From assembly GCF_018977255.1 (NCBI RefSeq), contig NW_024704742.1:930001-994000 (forward strand): 64,000 bases of DNA, written 5' to 3'. The notes under the pieces are model-generated. The model searched no databases. It saw only the letters and a program-made list of their open reading frames with translations, and was not told the DNA's origin. Shown here in pieces: positions 13,106 to 26,351 of the stretch; position 1 is the first letter of the stretch; each line of letters begins with the position of its first letter. A program made the translations under genes and the position numbers. The stretch comes from Callorhinchus milii (lineage: Eukaryota).

Positions 13106-14199
13106 AACTAGGGGAGAGAGTTTCCCTTTAACGGGATTTTTAAATTGCACATTACTGATAAAAAGAGAGAATGATGTCTGGAGACTATGGGAAAACTGAG
13201 TCCTGTTTTTTTTTCGTATGCATCGTGAGAGAGGCCCTGCAAGGTAATCCAGACTGCTGCAGGAACCGCTGGCCAGGTGAGGTCTATTCTTACCAGCTGC
13301 AGAGGAAATCAAACCCACTTGACAGCACAGATGTGGAGAAGACAGTAACTGCAGTACAGACTAAAAGGGCAAGCTACAATAAACCCAGTCTGTTCAAAAA
13401 AACTGTACACCTGGATTTTAGTGCTTTTTTTAAAAAAAAGAAAGAGCACCAATTATAACTGCTTTCCATTCCCTTTTATTACCTTGATGTCTCTTGTCTC
13501 TCTTTACCTGGGAAGGTGACCCTGTCTAAACCATGGTTTCTTCCAGAAAGAATACTCGATCGAAACCTGTTGCAACCATAGTGGATCCCACAACCGAGTG
13601 GGTGTGAGCAACAATGGGTTGTGTGGCTCTCACTCAACAGTGTAATAACTTGCAGTCAATAGTTTCTCGAGTGTCGTAACACGTAACTCAACAAAAATCT
13701 GAAGGTTGTGTTTCTATACAAATTGCTTTTGGCCAGGATTAACAACGCCGGCGACAAAAAAAAAATTGCATTTATACAGCGCCCTCATGTTGGGCAGCGA
13801 CCCAGAGGGCTTGACCGTGGCAGAGAATGACTCAAGAGCCGGAGGGGGGGGGTGGGGGGGGGAGGTGACCGTAGGCACGGTCATGGATGATGGATTGATG
13901 ATCACCAATGTTGAGGGCTCTGCCTTCACGTGAAGTGTTTTTCACTGCTCTCCAGAATATCTTTTAAAATATTGTGGTAAGCGGTTAGTAAAAACATCGT
14001 AATTATATGAGCAGGTTGAGGCCTATCCACCAACTCAGTAATTCATCAGGAAACTAGTTTGAACTTCCAACTCCGTGACTTCTGCAGCATTTTAAATACG
14101 ATAAGGAACAAAGTAAACATTATTGGTGCCGAACATCAGTTTATCGTTAACTACTAGTGACTGGGAGACTCTTTCCATTTCAGTTCCTTCCCCAATCGC

Positions 14200-14740
14200 T
14201 GATTTTTAAAAAGACATTTGTATTTCCAGTGCCAAAGTGTCCCCGAGATAGAAATTTAGACTAGGGTTGAGGGACACAATTACGGTATGTGGAAACAGGA
14301 TAAGACTAGATCCAGGAGGAAATTGTTCTTGACAAAAGGACATTGAACAGCTTTGTATTTAGAAAAGCCAGGGAGAAGCTCTGCTGTTTAGCGGAAGAAA
14401 GTATTTTGTGCTAAATCAAGTTAATGCCTTCAGACTGCTTCAGTGGTGGAAAGGGGATGGTATTCTGAAGGCAAAATAGCTTAACAGGGCTTAAATCATT
14501 GGTTACAGTCACTTATATAGAACGTTACAGCACGGGAACAGGACATTCGATCAAACTAATCCATGTCAGTGTTTATAATTCACATAGGCCCCATCCCTCC
14601 TATATCCCTGTATCCTGTTCTCCCTCACATATACATCAAATTACCGCTTAAAAAAGAGCCTCTTAAAGAGGTTGATTCTTGCTGCAAGCACAGCTTCTGC
14701 CAGTGAGTTTCCCATTCTCACCGCCCTCTGTGTAAAGACG
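14200..14740. mobile_element. two decayed CR1 3' fragments in opposite orientation
   Basis: + fragment ~14200-14490 (AGACTAGGGTTGAGGGACACAATTAC...) and - fragment ~14515-14740 (TTACAGCACGGGAACAGGACATTCG...CCCATTCTCACCGCCCTCTGTGTAAAG). Confidence 0.5.
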
Positions 14741-14744
14741 ATTT

Positions 14745-14950
14745 ACGTCCACTTTCACAGGCAGCCGGACCTTGGTTTAGTGTCTTATCTGAAGGACGGC
14801 ATTTCTGATAGCGCAGTACAACCCCCAGCACTGCACTGGACTGGACTGGAACTCCACTAAGACTGTCAAGTTCAAAGACACCACTGTGAGATTTGAACCA
14901 CAACTGGCTGACTAAGAGGTGAGAGTGCGACCAACTGAGGTAGGTTGGTC
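14745..14950 (-). mobile_element. Deu-domain SINE 5' portion
   Basis: Reverse complement contains tRNA-like head and GCCGTCCTTCAGATAAGACACTAAACCAAGGTCC. Confidence 0.7.
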
Positions 14951-15814
14951 ACTTCAGATCATCTGTGCTAGTAACAGTTCTGATAGTGAAGGGAGATTTT
15001 AACCCCTATTAGGGTGTTTTTTTTTCTGGAAGGATGAGATCAAATGGGCCTCTCTTGTGATCTGAAGCCGAGGCCATTATTCCGGGAAGAAAACATTTGT
15101 CAGTTTACCGTCAGCAATTTATTATAGTGAAAGGTTCACGTATGAACGATAAATTGAGAATAAACGTGGCAAAACAGAGGGAAAAGCGTTCATTTTTCAG
15201 CCTGAAAATCCATCTGAATGGAGCGACTCAAATATAACTCAAAACCAAGGTCGCACACTGGTGACATTCTTGCATTCGTGGTATCTCTTGTTACTAAGGC
15301 AACCTTGTCTCACAAACATATGTAAAAAGCTTGTGGCAGTCACTGTCAGTCTATTCTATACACTAACATTTTGACATATTGTTTTAATACAAACACGATA
15401 ATGCGTGGGAGCAGTGTGGTTTGAAGACAAAACCGGTGTTTCACAGGCTTCTATTCAAAAGTGGTAGCAAGACATTCCTGAACCACTTGTAATAGGTGTT
15501 AAAACAGGTGGTGTCATTGTGCGTAAAACCCATGCAAGTCATTTAACTCCCTTTATGGTACGCACGGTGCCTGCCATAAACAGCATTAGCACAAAACAAT
15601 ATCATTGTGTCACTCACACATGTGGTGGTGATAAAACTACTCAAAATCATGTCGGGAAAAGTACAGATCTCTTGTCAGACCGTCTCTGCCTCCATATGAA
15701 CACAGGTAAATGTGGTAGAGTCTCTGGAGCCTGGGCTCATCTGACTCGATCCCAGGAAGAAAGCCAGGCCAGCAAGCTCCCCTACAGCTGTCAACCTGGC
15801 TCGGTTAACTTGCG

Positions 15815-15935
15815 TGTCCCCCTGCCCTCCACCCTCCCCGATCCCGACCCCCAGCTCGGGTCCGTAACTCTGTCTGTCCAGCGCCTTGGGACGTCCCCCT
15901 GACATGAAAGGTGCTAAATTAAATTCAAGGATTAT
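15815..15935 (+). mobile_element. L2 LINE 3' tail
   Basis: CAGCGCCTTGGGACGTCCCCCTGACATGAAAGGTGCT. Confidence 0.75.
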
Positions 15936-16389
15936 AAGTGAGGACAGATTTTAATGCTATTTGAAAGCCAGAGATGCTGCCGAGGTGATCAAACCTTCCG
16001 CTCTCTGAAACACTCTTCCAAAATCTCGTTGCCTTGATTCCTCACGTCACTCTTCAAAACCTTTTACAAACCTATCTTTTCATCAACATCCTTAATGATT
16101 CTTTATTTCTCCACGCTTGGTACTCTCCATCATACCTGTGAAATCCTACACGGTGTCTATCCTACATTCAAGGCGCTACCTACATGCAAGTTGTTATGAA
16201 TTTGACTGGAAAGTTTTCATTTATATATCCAATCAAAAGTCTCATCTTTGTAACGAGTGTCTTGCATTTATAAATAAATAATAATGTTTGCATTTGATAT
16301 AATACCTTATCATGTCGTTGAGACCTTTCAAAGCTCTTCACAGAATATGACATAATGATAATAATCCTTACATTTGGTATATAGTGCCT

Positions 16390-16770
16390 TTAATGTTGGA
16401 GGACCATTCAAAGCGCATCACCAGAAGTCACTGTAAAGTGTCATGACCATATCTGTAGTCAAATGGAACAGCCAGTTTTCTCACAGCAGTTAACCACAAA
16501 CAGCCATGACCAATTACATAGAGAATTGTTGACTTGGACATTGGGAGAAACTCCCTTCTCTTTTTGAATAACCACTATAGGTTCTTTAAGGTCCACCTGA
16601 AAAGCCAAACAAAATGCTGGTTTAACATCTCGTCCAAAGGATGGCATCTCTGACGATGTGGCGCTCCTACAAACACTGTTCTGGAGTGTCAGTCTAAACC
16701 ATGAGCTCCAAGTCCCCAACATGGGGATTGACCCAAAGATGAGCGTGCTACCAACTGAACCAGGCTGAAT
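16390..16770 (-). mobile_element. Deu-domain SINE
   Basis: Near full length, diverged; head AGCCTGGTTCAGTTGGTAGCACGCTC on the minus strand plus Deu core. Confidence 0.75.
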
Positions 16771-17479
16771 CTTAAAGGAATGCCCTCAGCTGCACTGAAT
16801 TGCTCCATGATACACTGTTGATTAGGCACAATACCAGAACATGACTAGTCCCTTAAACCAGGTCTTTGAGTCTACATTTAACACAGGAAATAGCTGGAAT
16901 AAAGGATAGCTGGCCACCCAGTACAGTAGCCAGCAGTTAACAGCCCTTCTGTTAATGGGAACAGTCTTTGAAAGGGAACATTTGCTAGAGCAATGATTCA
17001 TTCCCCATGTTCCATTAATAGAAACAATTGAATAAAAGGAATGTTTTGTCTGCCAACGGGGTTCCCATTTAGAGACTTCTACTCTATATAAAATAATGGT
17101 ATGTTAAAGCACTGACAGATGTGTCCTAATGTAGCGGTCTGGAATGGTATGTGGTGACCACTTAACCTAGTGTTTACCCAAGGAAATGAGAAGCTGTCCT
17201 CTGGCAATCCAACTCTTTATCCAATTCTTTACTATAGCCATATAATTTACTCAGTACCAGAGCTGTGACACAGTACCCTGTGTTGCCTATTATTTGGGTG
17301 ATAGACCAATGTATGATGCTGAATCCTTGATATAATTGATGCGAGCTTTATGTTCTGTGGCCTGTTGTCCGGCTGGGGATGGGTGGGGGCTGGGAGATCA
17401 ATATTGAGCACATGCACTGATTTTTATACTTTACATTCCATCCCAAACCAAAGTTTTTGTTTCCACTGTACAATGTTTA

Positions 17480-17808
17480 GTGACCTCCTAACTCCCTACC
17501 AGCCTGCTCGCTCCCTCCGCTCAGCGGTCTCCGGCCTGCTTCACATCCCCCTTCTTGCCCACCCCACCCTCCAGAACACCATCCCACAGTCTCTCAGCCT
17601 CACCCCCTCCCTTGCCTCCTTCAAGACCTTCCTCTTCAACTGTGCCTCCTACCCCTCCCACACCCTCTCCCCCACACCCCCCACCGGATCTCCACCCCTC
17701 CTGATCCCAACCATCAACTCGGGTGTGGATTCCTGACTGTACAGCACCTTGGGATGTCCTCCTGATGTGAAAGGCGCTACACAAATGTAATTTGTTGTTG
17801 TTGTTGTT
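17480..17808 (+). mobile_element. L2 LINE 3' end
   Basis: CTCGCTCCCTCCGCTC...TTCAAGACCTTCCTCTTC...CAGCACCTTGGGATGTCCTCCTGATGTGAAAGGCGCT...(TTG)n. Confidence 0.85.
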
Positions 17809-18639
17809 TAGGGTATCACCCCCCCACTCCTTCAGCATTTCCACTTCCAGTTTCTGCATTATAAGCATGTGACCTTCACACATACCACAGCAGGGTTACT
17901 CAAAGATTACTGCGAAAAATTGTTTGGAATGATGCTTCAACAGTTCAAGGGCAATGTAAGACATTTTACAGCTGCTTTATTGCTATTCTTCTCCTGCTTA
18001 AACTGTCTTTCATGTCAAAAGTCTTTTCCTGCTCACAAATCACCAGGAACAGTTCTGACGACCATACTGTTCCCCTAAGCTGGTTCCAGGGGTTCCGGCC
18101 TTTGATCACTTGTATCGCTTGCAATTGAGTTAAAAATAGGGAGCTGCTGGGATAAGCCAACTCTCTCTCTTTGTGGCCTGGGCTTCCTCCCTGCGTTTAA
18201 AGCCACTGCAATCTTTTTTTCTTGCTGTAGCTTTGTCGTCTTCCTTTGGCGGCTGAGAATACAAAGCAGGAACCTTGGGTGGGGAAGAATTTGGGAATGC
18301 ATCTCCTTGTAAATTTGGCGCCCAGGCTATGGTGAACGGGATCACTCAGTAAACAAAGTGGATAGTTAATCCTATCAGGAAGTGGTATTTAGTACATGAA
18401 GTTGGTGCACCCACCCACAAACACCAAATGTTTAACTTCTTGTTTTGAAAATATATATGTCTATACTGTGGTGCTTTACTATCGCACACAGTTGATGTAC
18501 TGAGTTATCAGCCTGTCACACAGAGGCCAGACAGATCTCAATCCGCCTTTGGGGTTGGCCATCCATCTTGTCCATAGCTCTCTGGGGAGAGGCTGACAGG
18601 AAACCAGATGCTCTCTGTTGGAGAGGGAGGGTCATTTTA

Positions 18640-18910
18640 TAATAATAATCATAATCCTTGCATTTTGGCACATCGGAGAGGAAGTCTGAAAGCGTTTCAC
18701 AGGTCATATTGTAAAGTGGTGTGACCAAACAATTTTACGGGTGAATGCAGCAGCCAATTTGTGAACCCGATGTCTCACAAGCAGCCATGAAGTGAATGAC
18801 CAGTTTTATTTGGGGGGTTGTTAGCCACGACACTTCCTCTTTTCAAATCACGCTGCGGGGTCTTTAACGTGCATCTGGACGGCAAGACGGGATCTCGATT
18901 AACATCTCAT
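18640..18910 (-). mobile_element. Deu-domain SINE fragment
   Basis: (TAA)n tail plus diverged Deu core on the minus strand. Confidence 0.65.
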
Positions 18911-19307
18911 CCCATATCGTCAGATTGGCTGGGTTGGCCTCCAGTTGGGTGTGTTTTTGTTGTATTGGGTGGGTGCCTCATTTTTAGAATTTTATCATTT
19001 AAACCTGCAAAACATTTCCTCCCCCTCCCTCCCCGAAGACCTTTACTTCTCAGTTTCAAAAGCACTGACCACTCTGCTACCTTATCGGAGGTGACGTGCA
19101 ATATTTTTAGCTTGTATTTGTGGATTTCGGGCTACGAACGTATTTTAATTTCCGACAACACTGATCCTGTCCGAAGGATTCATAGATTCCCTCTAAAAAT
19201 CCAGTGACAGTTTTGAAAGGAGATTATCCTAATCGCTGTTTGGTTAAAATTTATGTGTTGGAACTGAAATTAAAATTCCAGATTTTGTCATCCTAAATTG
19301 ACTAAAT

Positions 19308-19660
19308 TTAGTCCCGTAGCTCAGTCATTGGAGCACTTGCCTCGCAAGCGAGAGGACCCGGGTTTGATTCCCGGGCTGGGCGAAACGTTGGGCAAGTTTT
19401 CTTATAACACACACCTCTGTTTACCAGCAGCAAGTAGGAACCCAGTTGTTAGTCAATTGGTGGATTGCTTTCCGGGGGACAATAATCCATTCAAAACAAA
19501 AAAAATCATAATAATTTTGGTCATTCAATCGAAGACTGTGGGACACTGCTGTGCACAATTGGCTGCCGCGTTTCGCCCACAAAGTACACATGTGAAGCAC
19601 TTTGAGATGTCTCAAAGACGTGCTAAGGCACTATATCAAATGCAAGGATCATTATTATAT
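19308..19660 (+). mobile_element. tRNA-derived SINE, family A (long subtype), full length
   Basis: A-box GTAGCTCAGTCATTGG, B-box GGTTTGATTCCC, TTGGGCAAGTTT...CCTCTGTTTACCAGCAGCAAGTAGG, Deu-like block, tail. Confidence 0.9.
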
Positions 19661-20759
19661 TCACAGAATGAGGCTCTTTGCTCCATTGTGCCTCTGCTGC
19701 TGTAACTCCCCATCGGAGCCTTCACACAAGTACACCTGAAATACATAACTGTAGGATCCTGGGTCAGACAGGGTGTGTAGACTTCACTCCTTTTCCCAGG
19801 TATTGCCCTAGTCGATCTCTCTGCCTTCCTCTGCCCTCACCCCTCACTTCCTCCTCTCTCCCTCAGTTCTCCCCTTGCTCCCCCAATTTCACTGTTGCGT
19901 GCTCAAATTTTCAATGTGTGTAAAAAAAAAGCCAGTTAATTAAATAAATATATATATTTAAACCCATTTAACCCTGTCCACACAGATTTACAGCCTGGGG
20001 GGACTTAGTTAAACTACTCTGCACCAGGCAGCCAAGATGCTGTAATGGATAGAGCTGTTGCCTATGGATCAGGATCTCACTAAGTCTCCTGGTCTCAGCC
20101 TGGGCTACACGGGGAGGTTAAACTGACACCAGCCTTAAGTTATCTCTCTCTGCCAGTCCTCCACAGTCAAGTGGCTTTGCTTATACCAAGGCTTACACGT
20201 GAACAAAGACCACTTGAGTGGGATACGAGAGGGCAACCAGGAAGCTGAGACGAGTGGGGGCAGAGAGACATCCACTAGTGGGGCGAACATTAGAAAAAAA
20301 ATAAAAACTATTCAAAAGCTAACACTGTCTGGGAGATGTCTAAACTCCTCCACACAGGTTAATACAGTTCAGGTGACTTATGTCAACTCCTCTGCACAGG
20401 TTAACACAGTCCAACAGACTTATGTGAAGTCCACAAAGTTCGACTGAGTTTAACGTTGGCCAGTGAACCTTTCACTCTTAAAACATTTGAACCAAAACAG
20501 CGATGATGTAACAGTGCTGGACCCAGACCCTTGTCAGCTGATCAACAAATAGTATCAGTGGAGGCTGTGGACCACTATGGGCCCTCAAGTGTCACCACCA
20601 TTTCCTCCCAGTAACCAGATCTACACAAAAATAAAAAATAAAATAATAATCCTTAATAATGCAATGGGGGTTGGGAGGAGCGGGGTAGAGAGGGTGCCTG
20701 AAAATGTTATAACCGGGCATTGAGTTTTGCAAACATCATTGGGATTCATGGGTTCAAGC

Positions 20760-20905
20760 CTCATGTTGGGATTTGGAACTCAGATGGTCTAAGGTGACAC
20801 TCCAAAGCGGTGTGACAGGTGAGCTGCGGTGTTGGCGGTGGCTTCCTTCAGATGACACTTTAAACCAAGGCTCTGTCTGACTAATCAGGATGTTAAAGGT
20901 CTCAA
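20760..20905 (+). mobile_element. Deu-domain SINE 5' fragment
   Basis: GGGTTCAAGCCTCATGTTGGGATTTG...CCTTCAGATGACACTTTAAACCAAGG matches the other Deu-SINE heads. Confidence 0.6.
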
Positions 20906-23231
20906 CTGATGGCTCGAGGTTGGATACAACTTTTACCTTGCATCTCCAGGCGGTTCCAGAGTGTGGCACGACTCTTTTATACAGCCTAAGCCTCCAGAGA
21001 CTGGTGTAGCACATGGTGTTCACGTTATGTGTAGACATCTTGACATCTTTGCGCGAGAATTGTGATGATGTCAAAGCACAACTGCATGTGGGAACCAGCA
21101 TTGGAAAATTCAGGGGTTATCTCCGCTACTTAAATAACATCAGTAGAGGCCAGGAGATAATCTGAAAACAACTTTGTTCCTGGCTGTTTTCATGATTTCA
21201 GTACAGTTATTGGGCAGTGGAGATCTCAGAGACCCTGTAATGGTCGTTTTATGAAAGGGAAAGTCGCTGTGTCATCACAATATCCACGGGATGACACAGA
21301 CGCAGGCACAAATCATCCCAGGCCCGCTCCCTCTGACTTGACCATTTCAACAACAATAACTTGCATTTATATAGCATCCCTCACGCAGGGTAGTGGCCCA
21401 GAGCACTTTCATTATAAACTTGGATATCCTGCCTGTGGAGGCAATGGGAGCTCTGACTCCCAAGTTGAGACTTGACAGATCCCGGGCTGGGAATGCAGTA
21501 ACTTTGCTGTTCGCACACTCTTTCAACGCACACTCTAGGGTCCCCAAGTCTTGGCTCTTGTCAAAGTGTGCCTAATATTTTCCAGGATGAGGTGAGTGGG
21601 GTACGTCCCTCAGGGGGGAGAGAGAGTGCGCATTCCATTCCAGACAAACAGAAACTTCCATACATAGTTGGAACTCTCAGTCATTTAGTTTGGATAATTA
21701 CTCTTAAGTAAGGTCTCTTGGATGATCAAGAAAAAAACCCACCCCACTTGGGGGGTGCGGGGAGAGAGGGGGTTTGGGGGCGTGGAATTGGGTGGGGGAA
21801 CAATGCTGAATCCAGTCCAACCTGATGTGAACGCTCTCTCCATCGCGAGTAATGGTGGTCAAGGTTATCATAATGACTGTTAATAAATGGAACATCATGA
21901 CTCACAAGTCACATTTATCCTCTTTTACACCGCAGCTCTTTAGTGCAATTAGTCGCAGCAGCGGGCTCACACAGAGAAATAAGAACAATGTTGGAACCTT
22001 CGCTCACAGGAAAATAAAGTATCCGATTCTCTTGTCTGCAGACTTTGGTCGCATTACACGAGGACCCAGTCCAGTCGACTTTAGCTGTTCACTCCTGCTG
22101 AGACTTGGCTATCTCAGCTGATGGCTTGGTGTCTACACTAATCCAACGCAGGCGAGACGTTTGGTTCACTTCTCTGCGGTCTGCAGAGACAGAGGAAATA
22201 AAACATTGCCCAGTGGTCGTAAATGCGGTCGGGCAGATTGAGACCTGAGGGGTACTGCAGTGCTGTTTTTTTGTGAGGTTTATTATAAGGTAAGGAACTT
22301 ATTGGACACCTCCAGCTGCCATTAATCAGACATGGAGCCTGACTGGAGCCAGGGAAGGGGCCTGTGGGTGTATTCAGCTAAGTGCTGGGGAAATGCAACA
22401 AGACAGAGACAAATGCTTTTTAGACTAACAGCGCTATACCATGTATTTCACAGACTAAATGTGCATGTTAAAATTGATTTGATCAATTTACCCCCTCTGT
22501 CTACTCATCTACTTGGTTTGCAGACTGACATTTTTATGTTTTTTATGTGTTATTTAAGACACATCATATCCAAGTAAACAAATTTCCAGCAATGGCTAAT
22601 CATTTTAAATTGTTTCATTTTCACTGTGTGCATGACATTTACGAGCAGAGCAAACACTGTTGTTATTGTAGGACGTTGGCTTACGTACAATAATTAGTTC
22701 GCCATTATTACTTTTAATAATCCCATCTCTGCTCAAAAAGTTGAAGCTTGTGCATAAGACAAAAAGACTCGCAATGTAAGAGAAGCAACGTGTAAAAAAG
22801 GGTTTACAAAGGAGAAATATTAGAAGGTAAAAGAGATAACAGCGTTCGCTATAGGATTAGGACTGTAGTGCCCAGATTCCATTCAAAGCCTTGTAACACT
22901 ACCAGAGTCATTTTGCAACTAGCCCTCAGGACTCTCCTCTCCTGAACAGTCTTGCACCGACATGTTGCCATGTAGCTTCAAGCAATATTTCCTGCGTGCT
23001 TTCAGAAACTACGGATGGCCTGAAAATCGGAAGGAAACATTGCCATTGTGGTGATACTTTGCTAGATATTTGTTCCACATCTCCCCAAACTCCCCCTATC
23101 TTCCCCTGTGCTGCTCCAGACAATCACGTCAACATTGTAAATAGCTTCGAGACGCGATCCTTTGTGAAAGACAGGATATAAGTACTCGTCTGCATTGTTG
23201 AAAAATCCGAATGGCTTATATGGCTGCGGTG

Positions 23232-23440
23232 AAAAGGAAACTGAAAATGCTGCAAATCCACGAGCTCTCGATGAGCATCTCAAAGAGAAACACAGTTTAA
23301 CGTTTCGGGTGTGACACTTTGTCAGAAATGTTTCGTGAGTTTTGGTGAAAGGCTCACACCCAAACTGTTAGCCCGCCTTTGTCTTTGACACTCAGGTCTA
23401 GCTGCTGTGGGTTTCCCACATGTTTTGTTTTGATTTCTCT
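23232..23440. mobile_element. palindromic putative Penelope-like element remnant with two decayed hammerhead motifs
   Basis: Left arm is the reverse complement of the family seen at 33422-33525 (TCTGACAAAGTGTCACACCCGAAACGTTAAAC on minus); right arm is a more decayed + copy (TTGGTGAAAGGCTCACACCCAAACTGTTAGC). Confidence 0.6.
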
Positions 23441-24344
23441 GATGTGTGTTTTTTGTGACCAATGATATCCGCACAGAGCAACTTATACTGCAAACATTAC
23501 CCTCCCCGGAGTGCCATGGTAACCCATTGCTCCTGAGTGGGAGAGCTCACAAGTGCTTGAGTGCAGTTGTTTCTGTAGCAGAGGAGTTTTCCTCTGCACA
23601 TAAGAATTCCTTGCAGTATCCGGTCCTGATCCTAAGTCCCGATAGATAGACAATGCAAATGTGTTTACATCCTTAGTGAAAAATGAGTTAAAAGTGGAAG
23701 TGGTTCCAATTGATGCTGCAGCGGTAAAGGGATGGTAAATTGTGGTGTATATGGGGCACTTCTGTGGTATTTATTGTACAAAGGTTTTGCTGTTTGCAAC
23801 AAAAATGTCTCAGCTGATAGGAGGAAAGTGTTTCCAAATGCTCATCAGGAGACAAGATTCATAGGCCACTGTTTTCCGATACAGATGTTTTCATTAGCAC
23901 ATTTTATGTGGGTCTATTAGGAGCTGTTACATTATGTTTGTTTGAATAATGACCAATCACAGAAGACAACAGTCTCCATAAGGCTTGTTTGAATTACACC
24001 CTTGCCCACCATTAAATAACCAGCAAAGCTGTCTACATATTACTTTTCCCTGTTTGAGGTCAGCATACCCAATTATGGTGCTGTTGTGATCTTAAGTACT
24101 GGCCACTAGACTCATCTAACCTGAGATCATTCCAGCAACTCCATTGGAACAAACTAATCCCTATTCATTGCTCTTTCCCCATATATTTTCATCTCATTCC
24201 TCTTCAAATGTTTATCCAATTCCCTGTCAAATATTATGAAACGATTGTGGGGCACTATATATCAAGCAGAAAGATTTTGAATAAGAAAGAGCTCCGTTTT
24301 TATTGTACCAAAGAAGTGCGGAAATGAATGTTTCCATCAGCACA

Positions 24345-24560
24345 AGATAGTGTTGTGGGCTCTTTAAAGTCTACCTGAACTGATAGGTGGATGCTTGTTT
24401 TAACATCTGATAAAAAAGGACAGCCCTTCAAACAATGCACAGCGACAACTTGCATTTTTTATACTGTTCCTGCAGCACTCTAGCGCAGCGTCAGTCAAGA
24501 CCGTGAGTTCAAAGAAGCCGTTGTGGGGCGTGAACCCAAGATTTCTGACTCAGGCCAGAG
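24345..24560 (-). mobile_element. Deu-domain SINE fragment (old)
   Basis: GTGAACCCAAGATTTCTGACTCAG head remnant and diverged Deu core. Confidence 0.5.
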
Positions 24561-26351
24561 GGCTATCAACTGAGCAGGGCTGGCAAAGCCTACTCTTTCA
24601 TCATGGAAAGGCACACGGCTGCCATCTGCTAAGCTCAAGCAATAAGTACAACTGCTATGTGGAGAGTCCCAATCGTTGTCCGCATCGAGCTTTAATGAAG
24701 GCAACATAGGCACTTCACAGCACTGCGCCTCAGCTGCAGGCAAGCCAAATACTGCACGCAGGGTTTGAACTCTTTGGCAGCTTGACTGGGGTATCTGGCC
24801 AGTCGTGCAAAAAAACATCACTTCCCACACAGCGCACGGGGGGCAGAGTCACCATACACGTCCCATCAGTTTAAGATGGGACACAACACGGGCTCAGCTG
24901 GTCAATTGCAAAAGCATCAGCATCTGTCTTGAGTGCGTGTTGGAGAGAGATCGCTGCAAGTCCCTTCATGGTTGTCGTGGTGTTGCCAGGAAACACAAAG
25001 CGACCCTCCGCAACGATCGTGGCAGGTTTGGCAGATATGTATGGACGCAACACAGGAAAATCCCATTATAAGTGCATAACAACAAGTTCACTTCATTAGT
25101 AAGCAGCGAAGGTGTTAGATCCCAAATGTATAATACTTCATGCTGGCATCCAATCAGTGTAAGGCAAAATATACTCCTGACACCTCCTGGGAGGATGTGA
25201 TGTGCAACCTCTTATAAACAGAGCCAGGTCAGCAAAACCTGGCAAATCTGCCAAAAGTGATTAGACAAACTCTGTGGATGCAATGTTGTTCGAATCTTAA
25301 CTGCAAAGTGTTTTGTGAGGTCTGTTACTACAGTTATTACTGAAGCAATCCTAAAGCTGGAGCACTGTTTCCTGCACCTCTCCCTTAACACCTACTGCAT
25401 AGTTCACAGAAGCATCAAGTTATTGCATGGAGTTATTATTTGTGAAGAGTTCCATATATTACATGTACATGTGTCACATACACACGTGAGCATTTCCCTG
25501 GAAGGCAATGCACTCTCTCCCTTGGAGGGACACACCATATTTACCTCAGATGCAGGTTGGTGAAAGTGAGGCTTATAGCCCTCAGAGAGTGCATTAGGTA
25601 TTGCTGGAGTTTAACCATCTGAAACCACGTAACTTGCCCATTGAAAACACTGTCCCATCGCTTGTCCAACTGGGACCACCCTACCCATTAAGGCATTGAC
25701 TAGCAGGATAAACCTGAGCCGAGTGGGAAGAATCCCTGCCTCCAGCGATCGTCGATAGTGAACTGGAGTATTGCGGATCAACTGGCTCAGGAGCCAGACT
25801 ATCAAGACGGGCACAGAGGATTGCCTGGATTTTGAGTTAACATTGTGGAGGCAGTTCAACCCCAAGGAGATTCCGCTTGTCTATTTCCTCTCAGGAGGAA
25901 AATCACTGTGAAGTTATTGCAAATAAGAATGTGACCTAGTCTGGGAAATAATACCATTGGACCTTACTACTTTCAGTGGTACTCAAAATATGACCTTAGG
26001 GCCGTTTCCGGTCCTTATCCTTCTGACATTTGACCCTCAGTAGCTGTGTGTTTCTTGTATCCCTGTTCTCTGTTCCCAGCCCAGTGGTGTGGAGAGAACG
26101 AGAGAGACAGGGAAAATACCAAAATCGTAGTGAGTCATCTTGCCACGTTTATCTCTGTAGCTGCATATGGATCCATTTTATAACATATGTTCCCTGTTTT
26201 TTTTTGTTGATGATCCTGGATGAATTGAACAACCAGGTTGCGAGGTATAATATCGACCGGTCTGTACAATGCGAGAGGGAAAGGGTTTGGAAGAACCCAT
26301 TAAATGCATTGAACCAGCCACAGCGCCTACCTTTGCATTATTCTTGTGTGT

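Noticed and set aside
22080..22204. Strong minus-strand acceptor (TTTTATTTCCTCTGTCTCTGCAG)
   Set aside because: All three downstream frames stop within ~90 nt and no partner exon can be supported
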